NCBI RefSeq assembly: GCF_001194135.2
Contig: NC_068984.1
Span: 47,984,129-48,048,128, forward strand
Reading direction: 5' to 3'
Length of the DNA stretch: 64,000 nt
From: Octopus bimaculoides
Taxonomy: Eukaryota
A program made the translations under genes and the position numbers. Under the pieces are notes generated by a model. That model saw only the letters and a program-made list of their open reading frames with translations. It ran no database searches and was not told where the DNA came from. Position 1 is the stretch's first letter. Each line of letters begins with the position of its first letter. Positions 26,301 to 39,684 of this stretch are shown piece after piece.

Positions 26301-26339
26301 GAAATGCTCGATTTTGAACTGCAAGTTTATTTTACATTA

Positions 26340-27428
26340 TCCCAACAAAATCCAGTGCACTTATTGAAAGTATGTACCTAAATTTTCAACACAATTTTTC
26401 CATTTTATCGGTAGCTTATTTACGCCGGCAGCGAAGAATGTTGGAGAAATCTCGAAAGGCTGCTTAATCATCTTCTTCAGATTTGAAGTTTTTTTCCTTG
26501 CAAAATGTTGTCTAATGCCTGGAAAACGTGATAGTCAATTGGTGCAAAGTCTGGTGGATATGGTGGATGACAGAGTACTTCCAAGTTCAGTTCCTCTAGC
26601 TTGAGTAGCGTTCTTTGTGCAAATGTGGTCGAGCATTGTCGTGTAAGAGAATTGGGATGTCTCTATTGACCAACCTCAGTCTTTTAATTGCAAGTTCACC
26701 CATGATTTCATCCAATTGGGTGATGTACACATCCGCTGTAATTGACTTACCAGATCTCATGAAGCTATAGTAGATGACACCAGCGCTGGACCACCAAATA
26801 GACGCCATTAGCTTTTTTTTTTTGTGAATGTTCTTATTTGGATTGTGTTTTGGCACTTCGCCCCTATCCAACCACAGTGGAGAGCGCTGGCTATTGTTGA
26901 AAAGAACCCATTTCTCATCACACGTAACAATGCGATGCAAAAATATTTTACTTTTATGCCATGACAGCAAACAACAACAAGTTTCAAGATGACGTGACAT
27001 TTGATGCTCCTTCAGTTCATGTGGTACCCACTTGTCCAGCTTTTTTACCGTGCTGATTTGTTTTAGATGGTCCAATACAGTTGGAATCGAAACATCAAAC
27101 CTTGCTGTTAACTCATGCATAGTTTTAAATGTATCCACTTCCAATACAGTTTCCAGCTCATCATTTTACACCTTGGTCTCAGGTCTACCACGGTGCTGAT
27201 TTTGAAGAGTAAAGTCACCAGACCGGAACTTCTCAAACCATCAACGTACTGTGCGCTCTTTCACCACATCTTCACCAAACACACCATTGATGTTCCGAGC
27301 TGTCTAGGATTCATTGTTTCTTAGACAGCTCGAAACATCAATGGTGTGTTTGGTGAAGATGTGGTGAAAGAGTGCACAGTACGTTGATGGTTTGAGAAGC
27401 TCCGGTTTGGTGACTTTACTCTTCAAAA
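26340..27428 (-). mobile_element. Mariner (DD34D) transposase pseudogene lacking the true 5' end
   Basis: ARNINGVFGEDVV..RTV..WFEKFRSGDF.L; VKKLDKWVPHEL; FLHRIVTCDEKW; LLHDNARPH; HPPYPPDFAPIDYHVFQALDN. Confidence 0.93.
27200..27428. repeat. Inverted repeat (foldback): 107-bp arms, 15-nt spacer
   Basis: 27200-27306 is the reverse complement of 27322-27428 with 4 mismatches, all transitions. Confidence 0.95.
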
Positions 27429-27611
27429 CACGATTTTAAAAATCTATCCATGAGTTCACAAAAATTGATTTGCTAGAGAAAACTCACAATATAATCAAAC
27501 ACGCTGAATTGCATTTCGAAAAGTGATGATACAACAAAGAATTGTCAATGTAAAACAGAGGTAATGACTGTCAAACTTGGTGCATGAGAAAATGTGACTT
27601 TTCACTCTTAA

Positions 27612-27700
27612 TGACCTGATAAGCACCACTTGAGCACTGGGATCGATGTAATCGACTTTCTTCATTCCCGAATTTTCTGGCCTTGTACCAAAATGTGTCA
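27612..27700 (+). mobile_element. SINE family A 3' part
   Basis: gataagcaccacttgagcactgggatcgatgtaatcgact...ttttctggccttgtaccaaaat. Confidence 0.75.
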
Positions 27701-28099
27701 TCAATAAACTTAGTAAAGTATATATTTCTTAAATTTTTGCAAAGGAAGGGTTGCAAGTGAATTGGAAATGTTGGCTTGTGTCACACATGGTAGGCTGATT
27801 GCAACGAAGTCGAATCTTCCAAGTCACAGTCAAATTATAGAAATATTGATACATATGTGTTCAAGGCCTCAAAGTATCTCATGAGGTCATGGATATGTAC
27901 TTGTATAGTTCATTTTCATTACGAAGCCTGGATAAGTTTTCTCTGTGAAAGATTAACCATTGCTCTCAAATGCAAGGATTCTTTCTGTCTACTTTGCATC
28001 TGATGTGAAACGGAATGGCAAAGAAGGATATGCCTACTACAAGCGCCGCGTAGTATACTTCTTCACTTATACTCGAGCATTTCTGCCAATATATACGTA

Positions 28100-28146
<47 letters not shown>

Positions 28147-28279
28147 TTGTTTATGTGTTGTACATGTCTGTGTGTACATATGAGCAAGATTCAATATTAA
28201 ACATCATTGACTGTGAAAGAAAATTATAAGAATGTAAACCAAGTTTTTCTACGTTTTCCATGCGAAAAAAAATCAAAGC

Positions 28280-28482
28280 AGGCACATGGCCAGACATTTT
28301 TGGGGAGGGAGCCAGTCGATTTGATCGACTTCAGTACGCAACTGGTACTTAATTTATCGATCCCGAAAGGATTAAAAGCAAAGTCGATCTCGGTGGAATG
28401 TGAACTCAAAACGTAAAGTCAGATGAAACACTGCTAAGTATTTCACCCGGAGTGCTAACATTTCTGCCAGCTCGCTGCCTTG
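28280..28482 (-). mobile_element. SINE family A
   Basis: ttttggggagggagccagtcgatttgatcgacttcagtacgcaactggtacttaatttatcgatcccgaaagg...gccagctcgctgcc. Confidence 0.9.
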
Positions 28483-29099
28483 AAAATCGTTGCTATATCA
28501 AGTCAGCAAACAGCTATTGCAATAGCTGAAAGCTACATTTACATATTTGCGCATTTGGCATCTGGTCATTAATAACACAACCTAAATATTCACTTGGTAA
28601 TTAGATAAGAACGGACTATATTATGCTGATGGCTTTTAAAAAACCAAAATATACCCATAATTTTATCTTCCCTGTAAACAAATGTAAGAATGTCTCTTTA
28701 AACATCACATTAAAGCTGATGCCTTAATTTCTACCTGTTTGTTTCAAATTGTCGTTGCAATTGTCTATTACATATGTTCAGCTAAATGAGAAATTTCAAT
28801 ATTATAATTCTTTTCTTATAGCATTCGTTATGTCACGGCTTATCATACCTGTTGAAATACATGCAACAGTAGCTGTGGAGTTACTTCGGCAAGATCTCTG
28901 ACATCTGTTTCTCGCATATTTATTCAGATAGTCAAATAAATATGTAAATAGTACTTTACCCACCAAATTATCTACGTGGTCGTAAATAAATATATGGAGG
29001 CGCACGCGCGTGAGTGTCTGTATATATGTATCTGTGTGTGTGTTTGTGTGTGTGTGCGCGCGCGTGTGTGAGAGTTTGTGTGTGCGTGTGTGTGTTTTA

Positions 29100-29344
29100 G
29101 TTGATACTTATTCTATCGGTATCTCTTGCCGTACCGCTATGTGACGGGGACGTAAATACACCAGCATCGGTTGTCAAGTGATGTTGGCGGGGGGGGGGGA
29201 CAAACACAGACACGCAAACATATGCATACATACATACATACATACATATATATCTATATCTATCTATATTTTTTATTTATTTATTTTTTATTTATTTATT
29301 TATGTGTTTCAGCCAAGTGGCTGCGGTCATGCTGGTGCACCACC

Positions 29345-29376
<32 letters not shown>

Positions 29377-30068
29377 NNNNNNNNNNNNNNNNNNNNNNNN
29401 NNNNNNNNNNNNNNNNNNNNNNNNNNNNNNNNNNNNNNNNNNNNNNNNNNNNNNNNNNNNNNNNNNNNNNNNNNNNNNNNNNNNNNNNNNNNNNNNNNNN
29501 NNNNNNNNNNNNNNNNNNNNNNNNNNNNNNNNNNNNNNNNNNNNNNNNNNNNNNNNNNNNNNNNNNNNNNNNNNNNNNNNNNNNNNNNNNNNNNNNNNNN
29601 NNNNNNNNNNNNNNNNNNNNNNNNNNNNNNNNNNNNNNNNNNNNNNNNNNNNNNNNNNNNNNNNNNNNNNNNNNNNNNNNNNNNNNNNNNNNNNNNNNNN
29701 NNNNNNNNNNNNNNNNNNNNNNNNNNNNNNNNNNNNNNNNNNNNNNNNNNNNNNNNNNNNNNNNNNNNNNNNNNNNNNNNNNNNNNNNNNNNNNNNNNNN
29801 NNNNNNNNNNNNNNNNNNNNNNNNNNNNNNNNNNNNNNNNNNNNNNNNNNNNNNNNNNNNNNNNNNNNNNNNNNNNNNNNNNNNNNATATATATATATTT
29901 ATATATATATATATGACGGGCTTCTTTCAGTTTCTGTCTACCAAATCCATTCACAAGGCTTTGGTCGGCCCGAGGCTATAGTAGAAGACACTTGCCCAAA
30001 GTGCTACGCAGTGAGACTGAACCCCGAACCATGTGGGCAAGCTACTTACCACACAACCACTCCTGCGC
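29100..30068 (-). mobile_element. SINE family B interrupted by a gap and a second tail
   Basis: 3' half 29100-29230; extra LINE-type tail tgtttcagccaagtggctgcggtcatgctggtgcaccacc 29303-29345; tRNA head 29913-30068 (gcaggagtggttgtgtggtaagtagcttgc...ggttcagtctcactgcg). Confidence 0.85.
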
Positions 30069-31254
30069 ATAAGACTGTGTGTATACAACATATATGTATA
30101 TGCGTGCATATGCATGCGTGTTTATGCTTCAGTGTGCGTATGTATTTACATAGAAATCTACAAATGATATTCAATCGTTTATACACAAACGCACATACTA
30201 ACGAACGCAAACAAACATATTCATACGTCTCATCACACGCATACGTACGCATACTCATACGCACTCTCACATACATTTGTATGCGCACATAGATCTATGT
30301 CCGTGCGTTTATTAAACTGTTAGAAAAAGAAGCGGTATTCGTGCCAAATTACTGCCTCTGTAAAACGACTCTGTGATACATTTCCGCGTGACTAACTGCG
30401 ATCTATTGGCGGAAGATTTTAGGCGCCTTCTTTTCAAATGCCAAGGCTCCGTAAGTGCAGAAACAATTTGCTCAGCCGGAAATAGTGAAACATAATTCGT
30501 GATAAGCTATTGACCAATTTGATGGCGTAATGTTGTAGCAAACATCAGTAATTTACTGGCGATTGACTGATTTTGAATGTGTTGTTCCGACAACCGTTGC
30601 ATCTTAACGCTTGAACCCCTCCTAGTCTCTTATATGATTCTCTAAGTCGATGTTCAATGGGATTTACTGCAGTGTAACTTTATATGCTTGAACATTCTTG
30701 AGGGTTTCTTCCAGAAGCTGAAGCTTATCTCTGGTCTCATGATCGTAAGCTCTTAAGAAATTCATTATCGCCTGGCTTGTCATAGGTAACGGTTCCAGAT
30801 TTTCTTGTACCTATACTTATAAATTATCTAAATTATGGTATATATGCAATGGCTGAAAACTGATTAGGCAGAGAAGGTAGGAAGGTTCCCACGATTATTT
30901 TGAAGATCATTTTCGAGTAATGATATTGATGCGGTCAATATTCACTGTGAAAGTATGGAAGGGAAAGCGAACATAGGTATAGAGAGCTTTGGAGTTTACA
31001 CCGGTGTGATTTTGTCTTACCTAATCCAAACAGTACCTAGTAGTATTAAGCTGTTCACAATATTATGTCTACTTACCAATCTATATAGAGAAAAGATTAC
31101 TTCATCCGAAATTTGACAACGGTATTCCACTCCGAATATTCTTGTTAATTGTTGATTTTATTGGTGTGATTATTTAGCCCCAGTTTAACCCGCACGGAAT
31201 CTACTTTGGATCAAGAGTGTGATTTGAAAATATTGTAGCCATTATTTCTAGCAG

Positions 31255-32709
31255 TTAAGTGGAAGCAAAGTTGTCGGTGCCATATTTTGAGTTAACAAAT
31301 GCTCTAGTCTGACCTCCACGTAGTTACAAGTCAGCTTCTGGAATATGATGTCTGTGAGAAAAATAAAGCAGCGAAGTGGTAGAATTTTTAGAAAGTTTAC
31401 CATACGATATTTGCTCCGGCTGCCAGCAATATAATATCTAATCTCACTGATATCTACTTTTGCTTTCATCCTTTCAATGTTGTTATAACAGGTCACAACA
31501 GCGGCCTGTCGGAACTGCTCGTTCGTCGGATGACTTACTTTACGGTATATTTTTCATCTCTTTGTATTGTTGCTGGCACTGTTGATGGCTCTGCTCTCGT
31601 GTTTACGGCTGCTATGGCTACAATGGCTACAATGCTATTGCTCCCCTACAGATAGCAAGGGCGACATCCCTGTAGAGGCCAAAGAAGGCAGAGGGCAATT
31701 TTTCCTAAGGGTATCCAGGATGTACAATCCTATGAGGTCGCACACATCAGCACTATCGTAGGCTCCAATCAGTACGTCAAATGATCCCGTGGGGTTGGAT
31801 TGCTTGACCCACGCCAATCCTTTCTTAGACAGTACTGTCTTCCTGGCATGCATAATGATTTCTATACCCCTGTCGCTAACGTCAGTTAGGCCACTACGAA
31901 AGAAAGCGCTTTGGCCAGTAACCCTTTCGATATAGACGGGTAAAAATCGACTCTATCAAATCGGGTGAAACTTGCTCTGCCTCTACCCTTACTGGCATTA
32001 AACCATGCGGTCACTTCGCCTGTGCTGCGCCACAAAGAGAGGTTAGTAGCCCCTCTTACTGTGTTATTGATATCTCGCAAAATATTTTTGCTCGCCAGAC
32101 CGATCTCAGATTTGGCCAGGTTGATCATGTTGCACTTAGAGTTAGAGGAAAAAATTTGGTTTGTGATCTTTTAAGGTAACGAAAGTGTTTCTTTTACTTA
32201 GGATTTCTATCCTGTCTCCTATCTCGAAATTGTTAGCTAACATTTTAGCCTCACTGTTGATGTTTCTATATGTATGCGGTGTGACAGGGGGGTCTGTATT
32301 TCTGTGTAATGTTATTTTCTAGTAGCCTATGGTATTCAATGGTGTCTAACCTATATGAGTTCTTTGTCTTATCGGAGAAAATTAGATACCTACCCGAGTC
32401 ATTTTATATTCTAATGTCGGCACGGAGCTTACGTTGGAAGGAGGAAGAGGACTTACGGAAATTCAGTTTTGGGATAATTCCTAGGAGGTCGGCTTCGAAC
32501 GTTCGAGGTCTTTAATTCTGGGCGAGTATTTCCTCGATCTAATGCCGTAGTTGTATCCCTCCGGGCCTGGTGCAACTAGGTCGTAGTGGAAAGCTTTCCA
32601 TCTCATACGCCTAATCACGTCCATAGTCTTCTCTAGCAGCATTCGGGTGTAAAGTTCGTTGGACGATGGGGATGTTTTTGATGGAGTATCTGAGGTCGTA
32701 TCGTTCCAT
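31255..32709 (-). mobile_element. Hydra-like PLE, decayed, ORF start retained, internal deletion
   Basis: ATG at 32709: MERYDLRYSIKNIPI.SNELYTRMLLEKTMDVIRRMRWKAFHY; EAKMLANNFEIGDRIEILS; MINLAKSEIGLASK; LWRSTGEVTAWF..SFTRFDRVDFYPSISK.LL.KAL; HARKTVL..WVK..FDVLIGAYDSADVCDLIGLYIL; GLYRD; then KAKVDISEIRYYI of the endonuclease. Confidence 0.85.
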
Positions 32710-33287
32710 ATTTAAAAAATGTAGAAACGCTGCGCTGGTCATTTATTTGAGGGAGACCACGTGGACACCGCGAAAAACTCCGGCCAGGTAGCGCAAAAAA
32801 TCTTCGGAGTGGAAGAACACTCTAAAAAGTAGAGTAGTCTATATTAATTACTGGTGAAGGCCGGTTTCTAGGGTTACCCTGGGTTTCTCGCCATAAAGGG
32901 TAAGTTTTACTCTTTATCGCGTATCTTCAGAACCTATGGCCTCTTTATAGTATGGAAAGAAAAACGAAACGGATATGAAAAATGGGGATTATCTCACTTT
33001 GGTGCTGGTCATCGGCTTCGGCTGGGTCGTCCTCCTTCAGTCACGCCACCTGTCGGCTATGAGAGTAAAACGTAGGATGTTATCATCCACTCTCATCAGC
33101 AATCAATTTCCTGCTGTGGCGTAATTGTCACCAATACTGCTATTTGTGGTTCCCAAAACGCTAACAAGAATCTCCTGAAATGCAAGCGTGACCGTAAAAT
33201 CTTCGTTCGGAGTTCAACATATATAATTCCTTTGTCCCTCTCTGATCTATTTAGATAAATTGAATGTATTCTTTTATTCTTTTACAT

Positions 33288-33444
33288 GTTTCAGTCATTC
33301 TTTGTAAGCCTAGTATTTATTCTATCGGGCACTTTTGGGAAACTGCTAGGTGACGGGGACATAAACACACCAACATCGGTTGTCACGCGCTGGCAGATGG
33401 GGGACAAACAGAGACACACATAATTACATGAGTATATATATATG

Positions 33445-33477
<33 letters not shown>

Positions 33478-33744
33478 NNNNNNNNNNNNNNNNNNNNNNN
33501 NNNNNNNNNNNNNNNNNNNNNNNNNNNNNNNNNNNNNNNNNNNNNNNNNNNNNNNNNNNNNNNNNNNNNNNNNNNNNNNNNNNNNNNNNNNNNNNNNNNN
33601 NNNNNNNNNNNNNNNNNNNNNNNNNNNNNNNNNNNNNNNNNNNNNNNNNNNNNNNNNNNNNNNNNNNNNNNNNNNNNNNNNNNNTATATATATATATATG
33701 CATATACATACGACTCGCTTCTTTCAGTTCCGTCTACCAAATCT

Positions 33745-33745
<1 letters not shown>
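33288..33745 (-). mobile_element. SINE family B pieces flanking a gap
   Basis: tgtttcagtca..ctttgtaagcctagta...gacggggacataaacacaccaacatcggttgtc; after the gap tacgac.cgcttctttcagtt.ccgtctaccaaatc. Confidence 0.8.
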
Positions 33746-33803
<58 letters not shown>

Positions 33804-34099
33804 CCACTCTCCCACTCTTTCTGTCTCTTTTTCTCTCCCTGGTTGTATATATGTCTTTCTCTCACTATACTTCATTTTCTCTTTAGATAAAAAAATATAC
33901 ACGAGACAGATAGAATGGGTGTTAGGGAGAAAAACAAGTGAGATAGAGCGGCGATTAACATTTATTTAGAATATCTAAATGGTGCTTCCAATACTACCAC
34001 CACAATCACTAGTACGTATTAATCTCTACTGACACCGCTACTACCACAACAACGACCACTTACTGCCATCATCCATGCTTCTCAAAAACCACGATCAGT

Positions 34100-34677
34100 C
34101 ATGATTGTGCTATCAAACATGTATGGTTGTGACTGACCTACAGCCGCATAATACCGAAGCAAAAATCCTCACTGGATATAGTAAGGGAGACATCGTATTT
34201 ATACCAAGAATATCGCTAATACGAGCAAATGTCCCCTTTCATTTGAAACGATTGCAATTCCCACTGCCTGTCAGTTACGCAATGTGCATTAACGTGGATG
34301 GTCAAACACTGCAGGTTATCTGTCTCCATCCAGAAGAGGGCTGCTTCTCAAATGGTAAGTTGTATGTAGGTTGTTCCAGTGTAGGAAGCCCACAGAAACT
34401 CTTCATATATACTCCTAAGAAATAAGTCAAAAACATTGTATATGCAGAAGTTCAGTAAATGTTTTATAATGTTCATAAAATACATCTCTCTATTATTATA
34501 TATATATATATTACTTTCTCTATTTAGATATTCTAAACACTTTTAAATATTATGTTACACATACCTTTTAACATGTTTTATTGTAAGGAAAATGGACATA
34601 CGATAGATGCTAAAATGTGCCTTATGAAAACATGTCAACACTGTACAGACCGGGCTGAAGGCCGGAAGGCCCGCTAG
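34100..34677 (+). mobile_element. Helitron 3' end (Pif1-like helicase C-terminus, hairpin, CTAG)
   Basis: MVVTDLQPH..EAKILTG.SKGDIVFIPRISL...FHLKRLQFPL..SYAMCIN..GQTL....EEGCFSNGKLYVGCS.VGS; GC hairpin 34650-34673, then CTAG 34674-34677 followed by T. Confidence 0.9.
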
Positions 34678-35287
34678 TATATTTGTATAACACATGTGAG
34701 TGGAGTGTAGAATGAAAGCATTCAATACTGGATAGAGAGAGAGAGAGAGTTTACTTTTGTTATGACCTCGACTGTCAGAATAATATTATTACTAGTAACA
34801 AGCTATGTACGATTATGTAATAATTACATAAATCACATTTTATGCAATGTAAGACATAACGCCCAGGTACTCTAATATTGTTATTAAGAGATTGAAACTG
34901 AAACGTGAGAAATATATTTCAAATTGGAAGCAACATCGTAGTCTAGAATATTTTGACAATGCTGTAATTGTGTTTCCATAGTAAATAATCAAGAAATATT
35001 TGTAAAAACAACTTAGACATCATTAGATGCGTGTTCTATGCGCATGAGATGTAATGTTTTGCAATACTGCTATTATTATTATTAACACCAGATTGCATAA
35101 AACTATGATCAAAGTAATTTCGAATAGAATCATCTCTTTAATAAGAAAAGATAAAATAAAAACATCTTTTGTTAAAGAGAGTAAAACAGTATTTGATGTA
35201 CGTGGAACAACTAATTCTAGTTAAACGAGTGTTTACTGAAAAGAACCCACCATTTTCAGATAGTTTTATTGATATTTTCTCTAATTG

Positions 35288-35470
35288 AAGGCGGTAAGCT
35301 AGCAGAATCATTAGCACGGCGGACAAAATGCATAGCGGCATTTCTTCTGGCTTTCCGTTCTGCATTAAAATTCCACCGAGGTCGACTTTGCATTTATCCT
35401 TTCGGAGTCATTGAGATCAAAACCAGCTGGATACTAGGATCGACGAGACGTTTCAGGCCATGCGCCTATA
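35288..35470 (+). mobile_element. SINE family A
   Basis: aaggcggtaagctagcagaatcattagcacggcggacaaaatgc.tagcggcattt...ccgaggtcgactttgcatttatcctttcggagtc. Confidence 0.85.
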
Positions 35471-35560
35471 ATACAAAAGATTATTATTTTCTAATTGGTG
35501 CATATTGACAGGAGTCTAGATTGCTGTACCACCATAGTATGAGAGCGAGTTCACTGTCTA

Positions 35561-35591
<31 letters not shown>

Positions 35592-38500
35592 GATCTCCAA
35601 TCTGTCTGTTTGTCTGCTCGTCCGTCCGTCAACCTGCATGCCTGCTTGCCTGCTTGCCTGCTTGCCTGCCTCTCTGTCTCACTATTTGTCTCTTTGCTTG
35701 TCTCTCTGGTTGTCTATTTCCTTATGCAGCCAGGAAGATAGATAGGCAATAGACAGATGCAAATAAAAACATCTACATAGACATCTTTTATTTAATATGT
35801 TATAGCTTCCATTTCCCCTTCTCTTCACTTTTTCTCATCTGTCTCTCAGCACCTTCCTCCGTTTGGAGTTATTCGCAGTGAAAGGATGTCACAGAATCAA
35901 TGAGTATACATCTTTTCCCCTTTTCGTATTCTAGTATCATCATCCGTCAAAATATTTCAAATGCATCGAGTATTTTCTCAATCATAGCCTCTTTCCACGA
36001 AGAAGGAAATCGGAGACAGGCCTGAGTAATATATCACGTAATTATTACATAATCATATGAAACATTCTGTCATCGATAAGGAATGTTTTCTAATAGATGA
36101 TTGTATTACATAATTGCGTTTTATACATCCTGTAGTGAGCGTATTCATTCTGATTTGTTTCATTCGTATTTGCTATGTACAAAGGCGTATATCTTCTTCT
36201 AAATACCTTTCCGTAGGATAGCTTTACTGGTGCAATTGCTCATGCTTTCTTAATGTATCCGGTGGACTATTTTTCTGAACTTCAGTTAAAAATTATACGT
36301 GGTCTAAGATTTTCATTTTTTATTAAACTGTTAATGAACTAGGATTACTATTAGGACGCTCAGTGGTTTCCATTATGATCAAGAACATTTACGTGTGTGT
36401 AATTGTAGTATATATAACGATAAAACTTAAATAACAGCGAGTCAACAAGTGATTATTCACGTAGCGATAGAGCTGGTTGAACAGCAGCAATATCTGCCTC
36501 AAATCACTCCTTTCCATCCTCGATATATAAGACAAATTGCATAAAACAGTCTGATATGTTCGGGTGGAGGGGACCTGATATTTAAACAAGCTGGATGATA
36601 TTGGTATAAACTTCCTTGCATATCTTTTATTGCTCTCAGTTTATAGAATCACTATTCATATTAACTGAGATGTCATACTATATTCTTTGATAATCTATGT
36701 TTAGAAAATATGCATTTTCTCTTGTCTGATTTGCTTGCAGGAGTTTCACTTTATGAAGATACTTCACAGCAACGTCATGCTCGTTTTGAAAATTATGTAT
36801 TTGATTCTCATTTTCTATACAAAGTTTATGCCTAATTGCTTGATGAAATATTTGTTTATGCTATTCGATTGGACCTAATAGCAAAAGCTGGCGTAGGTGA
36901 AAATTGTTTCGAGGCACAGTAGTTACTGTATAACGATTTAACTTTTAATTCTGGAGTAAATTTCTTTGATAAGTCCCAAATACTTATTGATTAAGTTTTA
37001 TCCTAACTACAATATAGTACATTTTCATGAGCAGAACAGTATAAATTATATATCGTACATGTATAAACTTCAATTGTGCTATGTATTATATAATACATAC
37101 TGTTATATTTCTTTATGTTCACATATATAAAACTTCAAATATTTTCGATGTAACTTACTATTGGGAGTGCATTATACATTATATTTCCTTTGATTCCATT
37201 ACGATAAATATCTTTATGTTTGTCCCAATGATGTTAGTCTGCATTCTTTTTCATTGTTGACATCTCTGGCAATTCTCAAGGCTTCAGTTCAGAATTGTTT
37301 TGTCCTTCTTTATAACGGTCGTTTATATTAATTTCTCTACGGTTGCTAGTGTACTTTTCAATAAGCATGAACAAAAATATATTCCCATTTTGGAAAATTC
37401 GGTTGGAAATTTTCATATACTGGTTAATATATAACATACATATTTCCATTTATTTATTTATACATTTATTTATCCATCTATTTATCTTTTCGTCTGTGTT
37501 ATTTTTATATATAACTGTCTTCACCTGCTCTACTACCATTATTAGAGTGGTAAAGTCTATTTATTCCCTAAAATTTGACGTTTTCTGCGGAATACCTGAT
37601 ATATGACTTAATCAACAATTTTTATAGCATTATTTACTCATTTATCTTATTTGTAAGCTATCGTCTAGAGTTACATCACTTTTTTACGATACATTTTCTA
37701 ATTTTCAAATGTATAAAGAGTTGTTTTAAAATCACTATATCATCAATTATATTTGTTTTTAAACTTTATATATATAACATATCATGGCGGAATTATTTGT
37801 TGCAGATGTTGATACATTACGTACATTATTTCCTTATACCTCTAAAATAGATAATTGACTTTGTTATATTTTTATGATATTTGCTAGAAAATTTTTTTTC
37901 AGTATTGGGGCAAGAATTCTCAAAACCTTACATTGTTTTGCTTCAGAAATTGCGTAACGTAATTTCTGTTTAAGTGGCATTTTTGATTATTTCAAGCTCG
38001 TAGAGCGTGCGTGAGGTACGGAAGGAAATAAGCACAAGAGTCCAAACAACAAACCTCTTATCATTCCCTCAATCGCTGTTCCTCGAAACCTACGTCATTA
38101 ATATCTAAAGACAGAGTTTAAACATGTTATTATCTATATACCTATAAATATATGCTGTCATGCTTATATATGAAATCGATGTTTAAAACAGTGATGGAAG
38201 CAGCATTTTCTGCACAATCATAGGTATTAACAATACTCCTGCACGAGGTTTCCAGTTTGCACAAGTCATTTCAGTAAAATATTAAACATATTTTTTATAC
38301 TTGAACATAAAATAACATTATAACCAGAACAATATATACGCATTGACATAAGCGTATTACCGATAAAAATTTAGAAACAAGTTATGTGTGTTCCATTTCA
38401 TGCATGGAAGATTTTTCAAAGATATTCTCTTACTAAATTCTCCTTTGAGACAAGCCAAACGGAACTGGTTTTTATGCTTTAATGTTGAATAACAAAGTTT

Positions 38501-39104
38501 TACAGAATTATGCTTTCTATTCGATGACATCAACTTGGATATCTGTGTGAAACGATAACAGGAGTTAAAATGCGGTTAACTAGGCAAGCACGCACAATCT
38601 GGTCCCCAAAACGTACACACCACACAAGTATATACGCACATACACGTACACATATATGAAGGGAAAAATCTTCATGATGGTTTCCTTTTCTCACAGCCTG
38701 TTACAAATGCAAATACTTTGTAGATATCTTCTGAGACACAGAATCCAACTTCTTTAGTGCAATACACGTTGAAGTCCCTTATTTCATTCAGAAGCAATTC
38801 AAAACATACTACTTGTGTAAATTTCAAAAACATGGAATGTACTGAATTGATAGTCTACGGCTGGAAATATAACCGGGTCTTCAGAGGAATGGGTTGCGCT
38901 TCCTTTCTACTCTAGACCTTAACATCTCGTGAGTATTGATGTGCGTAGGAAACTCATTAGAGAGACAATTAACAGAGTACCTTGGCACGACAAAGCTGGT
39001 ATATTTCATCCATGGTGTTGAGCGATTAACCTGAATGAATTTTGTGCATATTTTTATAAAGTTTTACTAGCAGAGAACAGGGCGGGATTAAAACGGCTTT
39101 TTTT

Positions 39105-39399
39105 CTTGTACCTATTTCAGTCATTTCACTGTGGCCATACAGGAGCACCGCCTTTAGTCGAATAAATGCATCCCAGGACTTATTCTTTGTAAGCCTAGTA
39201 CGTAGTCTGTCGGATGCTTTTGCCGAACCACTAACTTACAGAGACGTAAGCTCACCAACATCGGTTCCTAAGTGATGATGGGGGGTACACTAACACACAT
39301 ACACACACACGCTCGCACGCAAATATACACATATATTCTACGGGCTTCATTAAGTTTCACTCTACTAAATCCACTCATAAGGCTTTGGTCGGCCTGAGG

Positions 39400-39405
<6 letters not shown>
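39105..39405 (-). mobile_element. SINE family B
   Basis: tttcagtcatttcactgtggccata.aggagcaccgcctttagtcga...ccaggacttattctttgtaagcctagta...aaatccactcataaggctttggtcggcctgaggctata. Confidence 0.88.
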
Positions 39406-39435
<30 letters not shown>

Positions 39436-39684
39436 NNNNNNNNNNNNNNNNNNNNNNNNNNNNNNNNNNNNNNNNNNNNNNNNNNNNNNNNNNNNNNNNN
39501 NNNNNNNNNNNNNNNNNNNNNNNNNNNNNNNNNNNNNNNNNNNNNNNNNNNNNNNNNNNNNNNNNNNNNNNNNNNNNNNNNNNNNNNNNNNNNNNNNNNN
39601 NNNNNNNNNNNNNNNNNNNNNNNNNNNNNNNNNNNNNNNNNNNNNNNNNNNNNTATATATATTCAAACATTTTTTATCGCCGTT

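Noticed and set aside
30660-30790. Protein-like minus-strand frame MTSQAIMNFLRAYDHETRDKLQLLEETLKNVQAYKVTLQ
   Set aside because: Only 39 codons, weak splice signals, no family recognised.
38850-38940. Candidate exon ending at a GTGAGT donor
   Set aside because: All three frames contain stops between the nearest AG and the donor.
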